Part shown: in pieces, positions 1-9,792 of the stretch | Numbering within the stretch: position 1 is the first letter of the stretch | Layout: every line of letters starts with the position of its first letter | From: a virus | Length of the DNA: 61,754 nt | Strand: one strand, 5' to 3' | IMG/VR virus record: IMGVR_UViG_3300017613_001703 | Notes under the pieces: model-generated | Told to the model about the DNA's origin: nothing | The model's database searches: none | The model's input: only the letters and a program-made list of their open reading frames with translations | Translations under genes and position numbers: made by a program

Positions 1-121
1 CAATTTTAAACAAAGAATCAACCGGTTAAAAAAGTCGGGTGGAAACAAGGCCGATATTGACAGGCTTGCCAATAAAAGGATAGACTTCATTAAACAATTT
101 CTTAAAGAATAAAGGAGTTAA
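1..121. repeat. Direct terminal repeat, copy 1 (identical to 61634..61754)
   Basis: The first 121 nt match the last 121 nt base for base. Positions 1..112 re-read the last 37 codons plus stop of the giant ORF that ends at 61745. Confidence 0.95.
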
Positions 122-124
122 GCC

Positions 125-559
125 ATGGCTGGTGCATTGACAACCCCAACGAGAACGACCCAGGACATCGGGCAAATAATGAAGGCTGAGATCAAGATCA
201 GCCTTGCGTGTGTTTCCGACAGCGCAACTGGATTGGTGCCTGACCAGGCGTTGACCGGGCTTGATGGATATGTGCTTACCCAAGTTCAACCGGTCCCGGA
301 TGCAGTTGCGCCCTTTACGAGTGCGTTTGAAATCAAGATCATCGATGCGAACACGGCCAGGTTGTATCTCAGCGGTAGCGTTGCCGTAGACAGTTACGAG
401 ATTCTTGGAGGTCAGACCGGGTCAAACGATGGGAACTATCCTAGAATGGATGAAGCATCAACCTTTAAGATTGTGGATCCTGCCGACAGCGTATCCACAT
501 TAAGTGTCGGGAACTCAAAAGAAATCACGATTATCTTAAGGTTCGAAAGACAGGTCTAA
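125..559 (+). CDS. hypothetical protein (144 aa), immediately downstream of giant gene
   Basis: ATG 125 is preceded by AAAGGAG (114..120). No recognisable motif. Confidence 0.6.
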   Translation: MAGALTTPTRTTQDIGQIMKAEIKISLACVSDSATGLVPDQALTGLDGYVLTQVQPVPDAVAPFTSAFEIKIIDANTARLYLSGSVAVDSYEILGGQTGSNDGNYPRMDEASTFKIVDPADSVSTLSVGNSKEITIILRFERQV

Positions 560-581
560 CCCATTTTTGGCTGGTGACGCA

Positions 582-986
582 ATGAAATCCTCCGAACATG
601 ATAGAGCGTTAAAAAAGTATAATGTCGGCAAGAAGTTTTTTGGTTCAGGCAACCTGATGTTTGACGGGAACTTTCTTTTAACCAACCATGAACCGTTTAT
701 AGCCTCGGTTGAATATGCCAGGAATGCATTGAGTTTTTACACATACGTTCCAGAAAGAGATGATTGCGATAATTACGCTTTCATGCAGTATGGCCGGCAG
801 CTTGAATACTTTTCCAGAAACGGTGGTGGTAATTTTTCTCGCACGTTCGGGCCATGTTGGGGATACTGGAACAATAAAAACCATATGTGGGGGTATGGCC
901 TAACCGACATGGGGTTTTTCCATGTGAACTATGGCCACATAGTCACGCCGGATTCATATAAAGGAATTGGGAGCATTACATCATGA
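582..986 (+). CDS. hypothetical protein (134 aa from ATG 582; the ORF opens at TTG 567)
   Basis: The open frame ends in an ATGA overlap with the next gene (983..986). A Cys/His pattern (DDCDNYAF, HMWGY, NYGH) is not assignable. No clear RBS. Confidence 0.5.
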   Translation: MKSSEHDRALKKYNVGKKFFGSGNLMFDGNFLLTNHEPFIASVEYARNALSFYTYVPERDDCDNYAFMQYGRQLEYFSRNGGGNFSRTFGPCWGYWNNKNHMWGYGLTDMGFFHVNYGHIVTPDSYKGIGSITS

Positions 987-2956
987 ATAAAATCATACCA
1001 ATTTTATTGGGCCTTCTTTTGATGACAGGCTGCGCCGGTACAGGATTCAAAACTAAGGCTCAGTCCGGTGTTGCAGATAAAACGACCGGTGATTCATTAA
1101 CGGGCACCGAGTTTACCGCTGTGAAAAACACTGCCGACACAGCGGACGCGCTTGCTACCGTTAACGAATCAGCCATTTCAGGTATAAAGGATGGTTCTGT
1201 TGCTTTAACCACGCCTGCGCTTGGAACACCTGCGTCCGGGACTTTAACCAACGCAACCGGATTGCCAGTCTCAACGGGTGTAAGCGGTCTTGGTGCAAAC
1301 GTTGCCACCGCTCTGGGTGTCGCCGTTGGTCAAACCGGGGCACCGGTTGTTTATGATGGTGCGCTCGGAACCCCAACCGCTGGCACCCTCACGAACGCAG
1401 ACGGCCTACCTATAGACGGTGGCACAACTGGAACATTGCCAATAGCCAGAGGCGGGACAGCGGCAGTAACAGCAGCAGCGGCAAGAGTGAGCCTTGGAGT
1501 TCCACCTGTATCGTCATGGGCAACAGCGACTTCATATGTAACCACCACTGACTCTCCAAACCGGATGGTTTATAATGATGGAATTCTTTACAAGTGTGTT
1601 GTCGCCCACACTTCTGGCGACACCGACGACGAGCCTGGAACCGGTGCGACTTGGCAAACATATTGGGAAGCTGGTGGCAGCGGCTTCGATGCCGAAAATC
1701 CTGGCGAGATTGGTGGAACGACTCCAGACGTGGTTAACGCTACTCAAGTTGTGATTTCAAGGAGTGCCACCCTGGGGGATACGTGGGAATTTCGTGAAGG
1801 CTCAGAGAACGGTGACAATTATACGTCTATCGCTGGTGCGGCTGCACAGGAGTTTGACGTAGATTATGTTCTGATAAACAAAGAAGACGCTGACCTGCTT
1901 GGACCACCTTGGCCTCATCCGGCAAGAACTGCCGAATATAATGCACTTGGTCAATATTCTTCCCATGACATTATTCCGTTTTCTGGTGCCGACACTGCTA
2001 TAAACCTTGCTCCGGTGTCGAGTCTTTCAGCTAATTCGTGGGTTTGGGCGCACTCGTTAGATGCGAATGATAAGTATGTTAATCCTAACGCAAGCGATTA
2101 TATTTGCTACAACGCTGCGGGAACCTTTACTTGTCTCGATGATGGTGATTCAGTTCTTATTACTGATGTAGGCACTGCGATATTTTATAGACGGAACGAT
2201 GGTGCCGGGTGGAACGTGTCTCACCCGAGTTTAACACTCGCTGATGCAGGGGCAGGCTGTAGCGGATGGAATTGTGGAATTGCCTCTGACGGCAATGTTC
2301 AGGCTTGGTATAAATTCGATGATGGAGCTTTGACAACCGATTCCAAGAATTCATGGACCCTTACGTCGAATGGGACTCCCGTTGCTGACACAGTGGACTA
2401 TATCCAAGGAGACGCTTCGGTGGACTTTGAGGGTGATGATAATGACTATTTTTCAATGGCCGGAACGACTGATGATTACGGGTGGGCAACCAGCAGCGAC
2501 CTTGCAATTACTGGATGGTTCAAAGTCGAATCGTCAAACGTGAACAGAAACATATTTTACAAACAGGATGTTATCAGAATTGCGTTTGGCGCGGGAAATA
2601 AATTTGTACTTTCTGTTGATGATGACGATGACGGCAGCTGGGACACATACCAGCATGGATCAACGCTACAGGACGGTAGATGGTATTTCTTTGCGGTCAC
2701 CATAAACGGAGGTGGTGCCGGGGCGTACACTATTCATTTGTGGGATTCAGTGGCGGAAGCAAGGGTTGGTACGGATATTTCGGATGTGTTTGACGATACA
2801 GATTCGCCTTACAATTTTGATGAAACGGACACTGTTTATATATCCAGTACAGGCACGAATGAATTTGACGGCAGGGTGGACGACATTGTTATATGGGATT
2901 CAACTCTATCGGAGACTATAATTGACCAGATTCGGCAGGGGACGTATGGACAGTAA
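983..2956 (+). CDS. tail-fibre-like protein with a lipoprotein-type signal, a CBM5/12-like segment and a LamG/concanavalin-like C-terminal domain (657 aa)
   Basis: N-terminus MNKIIPILLGLLLMTGC. Duplicated ALGTPxxGTLTNAxGLP and LPIARGGTAA fibre motifs. YKCVVAHTSGDTDDEPGTGATWQTYWE. C-terminal GWFK..RWYFFAVT..FDGRVDDIVIWD. Confidence 0.75.
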   Translation: MNKIIPILLGLLLMTGCAGTGFKTKAQSGVADKTTGDSLTGTEFTAVKNTADTADALATVNESAISGIKDGSVALTTPALGTPASGTLTNATGLPVSTGVSGLGANVATALGVAVGQTGAPVVYDGALGTPTAGTLTNADGLPIDGGTTGTLPIARGGTAAVTAAAARVSLGVPPVSSWATATSYVTTTDSPNRMVYNDGILYKCVVAHTSGDTDDEPGTGATWQTYWEAGGSGFDAENPGEIGGTTPDVVNATQVVISRSATLGDTWEFREGSENGDNYTSIAGAAAQEFDVDYVLINKEDADLLGPPWPHPARTAEYNALGQYSSHDIIPFSGADTAINLAPVSSLSANSWVWAHSLDANDKYVNPNASDYICYNAAGTFTCLDDGDSVLITDVGTAIFYRRNDGAGWNVSHPSLTLADAGAGCSGWNCGIASDGNVQAWYKFDDGALTTDSKNSWTLTSNGTPVADTVDYIQGDASVDFEGDDNDYFSMAGTTDDYGWATSSDLAITGWFKVESSNVNRNIFYKQDVIRIAFGAGNKFVLSVDDDDDGSWDTYQHGSTLQDGRWYFFAVTINGGGAGAYTIHLWDSVAEARVGTDISDVFDDTDSPYNFDETDTVYISSTGTNEFDGRVDDIVIWDSTLSETIIDQIRQGTYGQ

Positions 2957-4826
2957 AAAGCTTTTTACTTTTATATTCTTACTTATGTTCGCTACGCCTG
3001 CATCAGCGACCACGTTTTACATCGGATCTCACGCGGCAGCGGAACATCCGGGTGTGGGATATGCGACTTACGACGCCTTTAAATCTACCGCATCACCGTC
3101 AACCAGTGATGATCTGTATTTTGAAAACGGTGAGACTTTCACCTTTGGTGGTGCAAACCATAATATCGTCATAAATTGGCAAGGAACTTCTGGTGACAGG
3201 GCGATTATCGGCGGTTGGTCGTCTGATGCTGAGGCGAGCACCACAAAACCGATTCTTGATTTTGAATGGACGTGGCCGGGTGATGGTTTAGGCGGTGGAA
3301 TAAACGACTGCAAAACAAGCGGAGGATGGGATAAGGGTAAATGCTGGACCCCGGCGATTAAAGTTATGGATAGAGATTATGTAACAATCGAAAATTTAGA
3401 CATTCGAAATGTCGTGGGTGTGGGGCCGGTCCTCGATGATGGTGATTATCCAATCATGGATGGTGTAAAGGTTGATCGAACATGGGGGAAAAGCGGAAGT
3501 GTTAGCGACGTGCCCACGTCCGCTACAATACAAAACTGCGAGTTTTCCAGGTCTGCGCAACTTTTGAAAGAATTTATTTGCTCAAGAAAGGGCGGTTTCG
3601 CGATAACTCGGACAAACGGGGCGGTTTTTACAAAAAACTATATCCACGATCAGCATAACGAGGGCGTTGACATTATTAAGAATAGCCAAAACTTTGAAGC
3701 AAGTTTTAACCGGTTTGATAGTGTGCGCGGACCGGCCTTGGTGGTGTCCAGATCGAGAACAGGCGTGGTTAAATTCAATGTTTTTACGCACACAAAAGAT
3801 TCGATTGTTCCCCTCAAGGGTGCTTGTCTGACTATAGATCAGGAAGACGACACGAAGTATCCTGTAGCTTGGGTAGTCAAAGACATCCTGGTCTATGGAA
3901 ACATTTTTTACGGGATACGCGGGAACGCCATAGATATTGCTAACAATAATATATATGTGGATAACGGCCACTTTTCAAACATTGACGTAATAAATAACAC
4001 TGTAGTCGGTGCGAGAACTCCGTTAAGGCTTCATGACACCTTTGCTTGCGATTGGTCTGGCGGCGAAGTATCGGGGAACATTTTCTATACTGCAGGTACA
4101 ACTTTTATCGATGGAAAACCAGACAAGGTTATCGCGGCAGGCATGACCTTCTATGGTAATTTTTACGCGGCGCTGATGTATTCCGGTCAACTCCCGCCTG
4201 CTTCGGCGCGGCATGCATTGGATAGATATGGTGAACCCCCGTTTAATTCTACCTTGGGAGACGGAAGACAGTTTAATTATGAAGAAGCAATGGTTTCTCA
4301 CGCAGCACTTCCAGCCGGGTCAAGGGCAATAGGGTCAGGCATAAACAATAGCAGCCATAACTCTTCTTTGTTTAATCCCGCGTCAACCGACCCACAAACG
4401 GCAACATTATCAACGGTTGGTGCTACAGCGGATTGGGATTTCGGAGCGGTTGACTACGGGGGAACCTCTACGCCACCCAATGAGACAGATTGCAGCAACG
4501 GTATTGATGATGACGGTGATACGTTTACTGATTGCGACGATTCTGATTGTGTTGACGATCCAGCTTGTGAAGTAGCACTGGAAACCAATTGTTTCAACGG
4601 GTTCGATGACGACGGTAACGGAGATACAGATTGTGCAGACGCGAACTGCCAGGCAACCGAGGATGCTTGTGTGGAAAGTGAAGAATCGCCATACTGCACA
4701 GACGGGATTGACAATGATGGGGACGACTTAATTGATTGCTATTACGGAAGGTCTGACCCTGGATGTGCATGTGGTGAGCCTGAATATCACACACAACCAA
4801 AAATATTAGGTGGAATAAGCAAATAG
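2946..4826 (+). CDS. secreted right-handed beta-helix (pectate-lyase fold) protein with C-terminal Cys/Asp-rich repeats (626 aa)
   Basis: ATG 2946 gives MDSKKLFTFIFLLMFATPASA-TT (signal peptide with AxA site). PbH1-like repeats are present (NLDIRNV, IQNCEFS, VYGNIFYG, INNTVVG, VSGNIFY). There are three CxNGxDDDGDxxxDC repeats. Confidence 0.7.
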   Translation: MDSKKLFTFIFLLMFATPASATTFYIGSHAAAEHPGVGYATYDAFKSTASPSTSDDLYFENGETFTFGGANHNIVINWQGTSGDRAIIGGWSSDAEASTTKPILDFEWTWPGDGLGGGINDCKTSGGWDKGKCWTPAIKVMDRDYVTIENLDIRNVVGVGPVLDDGDYPIMDGVKVDRTWGKSGSVSDVPTSATIQNCEFSRSAQLLKEFICSRKGGFAITRTNGAVFTKNYIHDQHNEGVDIIKNSQNFEASFNRFDSVRGPALVVSRSRTGVVKFNVFTHTKDSIVPLKGACLTIDQEDDTKYPVAWVVKDILVYGNIFYGIRGNAIDIANNNIYVDNGHFSNIDVINNTVVGARTPLRLHDTFACDWSGGEVSGNIFYTAGTTFIDGKPDKVIAAGMTFYGNFYAALMYSGQLPPASARHALDRYGEPPFNSTLGDGRQFNYEEAMVSHAALPAGSRAIGSGINNSSHNSSLFNPASTDPQTATLSTVGATADWDFGAVDYGGTSTPPNETDCSNGIDDDGDTFTDCDDSDCVDDPACEVALETNCFNGFDDDGNGDTDCADANCQATEDACVESEESPYCTDGIDNDGDDLIDCYYGRSDPGCACGEPEYHTQPKILGGISK

Positions 4827-4836
4827 GAGAAACACA

Positions 4837-5124
4837 ATGGGAGAAATTAAAACCACGCCGCAGTATATTGTTACTGCAGAGCCGACGACAAACAAAATTG
4901 AAAAGGTTACTTTCACAATTAACTTCGGTTCTCCATCAACAGTAACAGTAAATTTTAATCTTGTTTCAATAGGCGGAACAGTCTTGAAACGTCATTCGTT
5001 CGACATTGATGGGGCTGAATTTACCGCGCTGTTTGATGGTATAGGATCTACTCTGAACAGCCGGATAGAATCAAATATTTGGTCATATGTTCAGGATAAT
5101 TATGATACCCAAGCAACACCTTAA
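4837..5124 (+). CDS. hypothetical protein (95 aa)
   Basis: AGGAGA RBS lies 6 nt upstream of ATG 4837. No signal peptide and no motif. Confidence 0.6.
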   Translation: MGEIKTTPQYIVTAEPTTNKIEKVTFTINFGSPSTVTVNFNLVSIGGTVLKRHSFDIDGAEFTALFDGIGSTLNSRIESNIWSYVQDNYDTQATP

Positions 5125-5431
5125 AAGGAACTAAAATGAAAAAAGTAGTAGGATTAATTGTATTCATGGCGGCAGCATTTTTGTTCGTCGGGTGTTTCGA
5201 GCGTGAAGAGACGGCTAGTCCGCCAATCGCACCGGCAAAACGGCTGACTGATGCGGAAGTAGCTGCGGGGACATCGACCGCATATGGGTTGATCACCCCT
5301 AAGATTTATGCAGACAACCTTGGCATTGGTGCTGGTGAGGCCACCACCTACGAGGTACTGAATACAAATTCTGACGTAGATACTGATTTAACGGATGGTG
5401 CTACGGCAAGCACTGTCCCGGCTGCTGCGGC
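5117..5431 (+). repeat. 315-bp duplicated module, copy A (RBS plus the first ~98 codons of a fibre gene); partner at 8311..8625
   Basis: Manual alignment gives about 21 mismatches over 315 bp (~93% identity). Homology starts at CACCTTAAAAGGAACTAAAATG. Confidence 0.9.
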
Positions 5432-7718
5432 TACTAAGACGTATGCTGATTTGAAAGAAACCATCGTTACAGAAGGCTCTTTGGGGGATTCTGTTATTGT
5501 ATCTGCTGATATTAAAGATGGAGTAATTCTTGTTGCGGATATGGCGGCAGCAGCGGTGGTTACTGAGTCTGATACTATCGCGGGGAATGATAACGATACG
5601 ACCGTACCGACCAGCGCGGCTGTGAAGGATTATGCTGATTTGAAATTGGATGGATATACCGTATGTTCAAATCTATCGGAGTTTACCACCGCAGAAACCG
5701 CCGGTGAAGGAATTTGGGTGGATGGGACCATCACTATGACGGGTAACATTGAAGTCAATGTGCCTGTGTACGTTTCCCCTGATGATGGTTTGATTGTTAC
5801 GACAGGGCATACATTAACTTTTGGTGATGGTGGATCGATTGATGCCGGTAGATATACTATATTCACAACAGCCTCGGATGGAACTGAAATCGTTGGATTA
5901 AAAGAGGCAAAAGTTGAATGGTTTGGTGCGAGCCCAGGCGCTTCGGCAGCAAACAACAGCACATATTTCGAAACTGCTGATAATGTTTGCGAACAAGGAG
6001 TTGTAACGGTTGGGGTCGGCACGTTCGCAATGAACGGGTGGGGCATTGAGTCTGTGTTTTGGCGCGGCGCTGGGGGCCATGGGACAATATTAGATATAGC
6101 AAGTGGTAGTATTCAAATTGACAACCAAGCCGCAGGATCGTCCTCAAACCCGGGAGAACTGGCATATTTTAGTATTACGGGTGCAACCACTTCTGCGTTG
6201 ATTTCTGTCCAAACCGAAAGCGCATTATTTAAAATTCATAATAATTTAATTTATAGCGGAGGCGGCGACGGAATCCAGCTTGCCACTGGCGGCGCTTCTG
6301 TACATTGCACGGGTATTGAAATATATGACAATAAAATTGCTTTAAATGCAGATGACGGTATTTATGGTACTGCAACATCAACAGCTCAAATTAATACTAT
6401 ATTTATCCATCACAATGATATCGGCAGTAATACAGGTGATGGTATACAGCTTTTTGGTGCGACCAGTATCGTGGTTGAAAACAACCAGATCCAAAACAAC
6501 GGGGTGTATGGAGTAAGTACCCTGGCGGTTGGTGACTCAAGCCAGAATTTTAGCAATTTGCAGATTGTAAAAAATCATTTCGAAGGGAACGATACAGGCA
6601 GTATTTATATGTGGGGTGAAAATGACGATTCACCCGTTAATGTTAGACATATCATAGATTTTGTAATAGATGGAAATTTCTTTTACACAAGCGACACAGT
6701 AGATGCATACATTACCTTTATTGCAACGGGCACAGGTGATGCCGCAGGATACAATGCGTTCAGAAATGGTTCTATCAAAAACAATAGATTTACTTCTAGC
6801 GGAACTGTTACTGACTATATAGATTTCGGAGACACATGTAATAGAGATGTTTTTGTGTTGTTACAATACTCAGATTTTGACGGGGCGGAGCTTAACGGAG
6901 ACCATCGCTATTACGAAGTCAATCTAGATGAATATACTAATTTTGGAACGGAGAGAACTCCGACATTTATTTCCAGTTATTTATGCGGCAATTCCGGGGC
7001 ACCATCTGAGACTCCATTATGGATTGGGCAGGAGTATTACGATTTCACAAACGACGTTTTGTATCGGGCTGTTGAAACGGATTCTGCTGCGGATTGGAAA
7101 ACCAGCGTAATTGTTGGTGAAGATATCGCTACAACAGGATCTATCAGTGGAACAGCCGTGCCTGTTTCGGTGGTAAATTGTACGGGAGCGCATGATACGG
7201 GTGACGATGCATTGATACTCGTGGATTCAGGAGAATCATTGACGGTAGATGCTTATATCGGCATGACATTATATAACATCGACGATGGCTCAAGTTGCAC
7301 AGTTGCTGATAATGACGGAACAAGCATAACGTGCGAAGATTATTCAGTGGGTGTGGCGAGTGGACTTACCGGCGGAACAGATGATAATTGGACTACAACC
7401 GATGTCTGGATGGTCGGCCCTGGACCGGAACAATCAAACCAAGTTTTCTATATTAATGCTGCTACTACAATCGCGCATCCCGCGACAGTCGGATTCGTTG
7501 CGAGTTACTTTTCATCTGGTGCAACTGTTGTAAAGATAGATCCAGCATCGGACTCTATGACAATCAACTTTTCTGACGATGGCGTCTACACAGACCCAAC
7601 TGCCGGTGTAACTGTTGATGGCGATGGAACTGCGGGAGACCACATCACTATCCATAATCAGTCGGTAACTGAAGCACACTCTTGGGGTGTTAATGGCTCA
7701 TGGGCAGCAGGGAGTTAA
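5136..7718 (+). CDS. tailspike/tail-fibre protein with beta-helix repeats, cassette 1 (860 aa)
   Basis: N-terminus MKKVVGLIVFMAAAFLFVGC (lipobox-like). Fibre motifs AEVAAGTSTAYGLITPKIY and TVPTSAAVKDYA. PbH1-type repeats GDGIQL, DDGIYG, GDGIQLFG, NNGVYGV. Confidence 0.8.
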   Translation: MKKVVGLIVFMAAAFLFVGCFEREETASPPIAPAKRLTDAEVAAGTSTAYGLITPKIYADNLGIGAGEATTYEVLNTNSDVDTDLTDGATASTVPAAAATKTYADLKETIVTEGSLGDSVIVSADIKDGVILVADMAAAAVVTESDTIAGNDNDTTVPTSAAVKDYADLKLDGYTVCSNLSEFTTAETAGEGIWVDGTITMTGNIEVNVPVYVSPDDGLIVTTGHTLTFGDGGSIDAGRYTIFTTASDGTEIVGLKEAKVEWFGASPGASAANNSTYFETADNVCEQGVVTVGVGTFAMNGWGIESVFWRGAGGHGTILDIASGSIQIDNQAAGSSSNPGELAYFSITGATTSALISVQTESALFKIHNNLIYSGGGDGIQLATGGASVHCTGIEIYDNKIALNADDGIYGTATSTAQINTIFIHHNDIGSNTGDGIQLFGATSIVVENNQIQNNGVYGVSTLAVGDSSQNFSNLQIVKNHFEGNDTGSIYMWGENDDSPVNVRHIIDFVIDGNFFYTSDTVDAYITFIATGTGDAAGYNAFRNGSIKNNRFTSSGTVTDYIDFGDTCNRDVFVLLQYSDFDGAELNGDHRYYEVNLDEYTNFGTERTPTFISSYLCGNSGAPSETPLWIGQEYYDFTNDVLYRAVETDSAADWKTSVIVGEDIATTGSISGTAVPVSVVNCTGAHDTGDDALILVDSGESLTVDAYIGMTLYNIDDGSSCTVADNDGTSITCEDYSVGVASGLTGGTDDNWTTTDVWMVGPGPEQSNQVFYINAATTIAHPATVGFVASYFSSGATVVKIDPASDSMTINFSDDGVYTDPTAGVTVDGDGTAGDHITIHNQSVTEAHSWGVNGSWAAGS

Positions 7719-7720
7719 CT

Positions 7721-8209
7721 ATGCGTAAATTTTATTTTGGCGCGGTATTTATCCTTAGTTTGATACTGTTGGGAACACTGGCTCATGCGTTTGGTTTGAT
7801 TGGACTGGGTTCTTGGAGAGAGATTACTTATCTCGGCACCAATATGGACTTTACAAATTGGTCGGATGACGACCCGGTCGGGTGGACAGTTTACGGTGAA
7901 AGTGGGTCTGACCCGATGGTAACAGAGGTAAGCGGCGCGGCGAGAATGTATACGTCGAGTGCTTATGTTGATATCACACAAGCTATGATAATGGACGGAC
8001 TTAGTTGTCACATTACACTTGATTATACTCATGTATCTGGAAGTTTTGTTATTGGTAGTACTGATGGTGGATCAGATATTAAGGTGATAGACTCTTCTGA
8101 CGATGACGGCCCATTTGATTTTACGGGGGCTGGCGATGTCTTATGTATCAAACGAAATACTCTCCCGGCCGATGGGACTTTTGATAATATACTAGTGTGG
8201 TGCGATTAG
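7721..8209 (+). CDS. small secreted protein, cassette 1 accessory (162 aa), possibly jelly-roll/CBM-like
   Basis: ATG 7721 gives MRKFYFGAVFILSLILLGTLAHA-F (signal peptide). The C-terminal GTFDNILVW resembles the ends of carbohydrate-binding modules. Same position and architecture as 9316..9792. Confidence 0.6.
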   Translation: MRKFYFGAVFILSLILLGTLAHAFGLIGLGSWREITYLGTNMDFTNWSDDDPVGWTVYGESGSDPMVTEVSGAARMYTSSAYVDITQAMIMDGLSCHITLDYTHVSGSFVIGSTDGGSDIKVIDSSDDDGPFDFTGAGDVLCIKRNTLPADGTFDNILVWCD

Positions 8210-8264
8210 TAGCGAATCTGGAGACAGTGGGGAAATAGCGGCAAAAAACTAACGAGGAAATACC

Positions 8265-8318
8265 ATGCCAGACCGAATGGACCCATTGGACAGGATGTTG
8301 ACCGAAGAGACACCTTAA
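8265..8318 (+). pseudogene. 17-codon 5' remnant of the 11631..11963 gene (recombination footprint)
   Basis: Encodes MPDRMDPLDRMLTEETP then a stop, the same peptide as the first 17 codons at 11631. There are 6/51 nt differences and all are synonymous. It ends at the ACACCT junction with duplicated module B. Confidence 0.75.
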
Positions 8319-8625
8319 AAGGAACTAAAATGAAAAAAGTAGTAGGATTAATTGTATTCATGGCGGCAGCATTTTTATTCGTCGGGTGTTTCGAGCGTGA
8401 AGAGACGGCTAGTCCGCCAACCGCACCAGCAAAACGGTTGACCAATGCGGAAGTAGCTGCGGGGACATCGACCGAGTACGGGTTGATCACCTCTAAGATT
8501 TATAAAGACAACCTTGGCATTGGTGCTGGTGAGGCCACCACCTACGAGGTGCTGAATACAAACTCTGACGTGGACACTGACCTAACGGATGGTGCTACGG
8601 CAAGTACCGTTCCGGCTGCTGCGGC
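8311..8625 (+). repeat. 315-bp duplicated module, copy B; partner at 5117..5431
   Basis: See copy A. Confidence 0.9.
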
Positions 8626-9319
8626 AGTAACGGGTTTGATTGACACCACTCAAAAGTTAGAGGATGCAAGTAGTGCCGGTGCTTACGCAAGCGATATTTT
8701 GGACTGTACTGATCAAGCCGCTCTTGTTACGCTTGTTTCTGGTGTGAGTCCCACAAATGTCACACCAGTCGACACCGGTAACGAGAACACGACTTTTTAT
8801 CTTTTGATGACTGATGGTAGAACAGATACGCAAGCCGTCGAAACTGATCTAGAATTTCCATACAACCCTTCCACCGACACCTTAACAGTGAAGAACATTG
8901 CTATAGCGTCTGGCGGTGGGATAACTAATGTGGGTGTTATATCTCCTGATGGCGTCCTTCCCAGGGTGCTTGACGGCGCAGAACTTGGTGACACCGCAAC
9001 ACCACACGTTATGACAGCGGCAGAAGTAAGCGGAAATATCATCACAAATAATGGTGCAAGTGCAGATGCAGTGTTTACATTTCCGGCTCTGTCGACGATA
9101 GAGGGCTCGACCGGGATTTTTAATGTTGAGGAAGCTTATCAAGTCGATCTTGAACCAAACGGTTCAGAGCAGTTTTATTTAAACGGAGCGCAGATGGGAA
9201 CAGGAGAGCATATCCAAAATACGGCAGATACAATAGGGGATATGATTAGTTGGATATGCACGGAAACCGCGTGCTTTTTTAAATCAGGTAACCCAAATTG
9301 GGTAGAGGCTACACCATGA
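8330..9319 (+). CDS. tail-fibre protein, cassette 2 (329 aa); the N-terminal ~98 aa are shared with 5136..7718 and the C-terminus is unrelated
   Basis: Near-identical MKKVVGLIVFMAAAFLFVGCFEREETASPP...TVPAAAA. It then diverges. Confidence 0.8.
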   Translation: MKKVVGLIVFMAAAFLFVGCFEREETASPPTAPAKRLTNAEVAAGTSTEYGLITSKIYKDNLGIGAGEATTYEVLNTNSDVDTDLTDGATASTVPAAAAVTGLIDTTQKLEDASSAGAYASDILDCTDQAALVTLVSGVSPTNVTPVDTGNENTTFYLLMTDGRTDTQAVETDLEFPYNPSTDTLTVKNIAIASGGGITNVGVISPDGVLPRVLDGAELGDTATPHVMTAAEVSGNIITNNGASADAVFTFPALSTIEGSTGIFNVEEAYQVDLEPNGSEQFYLNGAQMGTGEHIQNTADTIGDMISWICTETACFFKSGNPNWVEATP

Positions 9320-9792
9320 AAAAGTTACTATGCTGTTTAATTATTTTATTGTGCATGGGTGTTTCTGCTTGGGGATTAAATCTCTCAACTATCAATGAGA
9401 TGGGCAGTAAGGGCTACGGCCCAGAAATATTGGCAGATGGTACTTGTGATTCTGATAGCTGGTCAACCACTGAGGTTGGGTGGGCTTATAACGCAACGGA
9501 TGATGACTATGACGTTGATGGCTCTCAAGAGGGTAATGCATATATATATAAAGATACCACTGGCACTGATGACAATACTCCATATTTAGTTGTATTTGAA
9601 ATAAAAGCTATTTCGGCGGGAAGCTGTTACGTATATTTTGGTGGTGTTATTGATACTGGAACCGCAAGATCAACTGCTGACACCTTCGAAGAAGAAATAT
9701 TAACAACAACAGGCGACAATACTTTTGGTTTAAAGTGTACATCTACATTTGTAGGAACCGTAGATAATTTTTCTATAAAACGGGTTAATTAA
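9316..9792 (+). CDS. small secreted protein, cassette 2 accessory (158 aa)
   Basis: ATG 9316 gives MKKLLCCLIILLCMGVSA-WG (signal peptide). The C-terminal GTVDNFSIKRV is CBM-like. Its stop overlaps the next start (ATGA-type junction at 9792). Confidence 0.6.
   Translation: MKKLLCCLIILLCMGVSAWGLNLSTINEMGSKGYGPEILADGTCDSDSWSTTEVGWAYNATDDDYDVDGSQEGNAYIYKDTTGTDDNTPYLVVFEIKAISAGSCYVYFGGVIDTGTARSTADTFEEEILTTTGDNTFGLKCTSTFVGTVDNFSIKRVN

Noticed and set aside
582-986. Papain-like or NlpC/P60-type peptidase call for the 134-aa protein (DDCDNYAF...H...H)
   Set aside because: There is only a loose Cys/His spacing and no flanking family signature that I can name.
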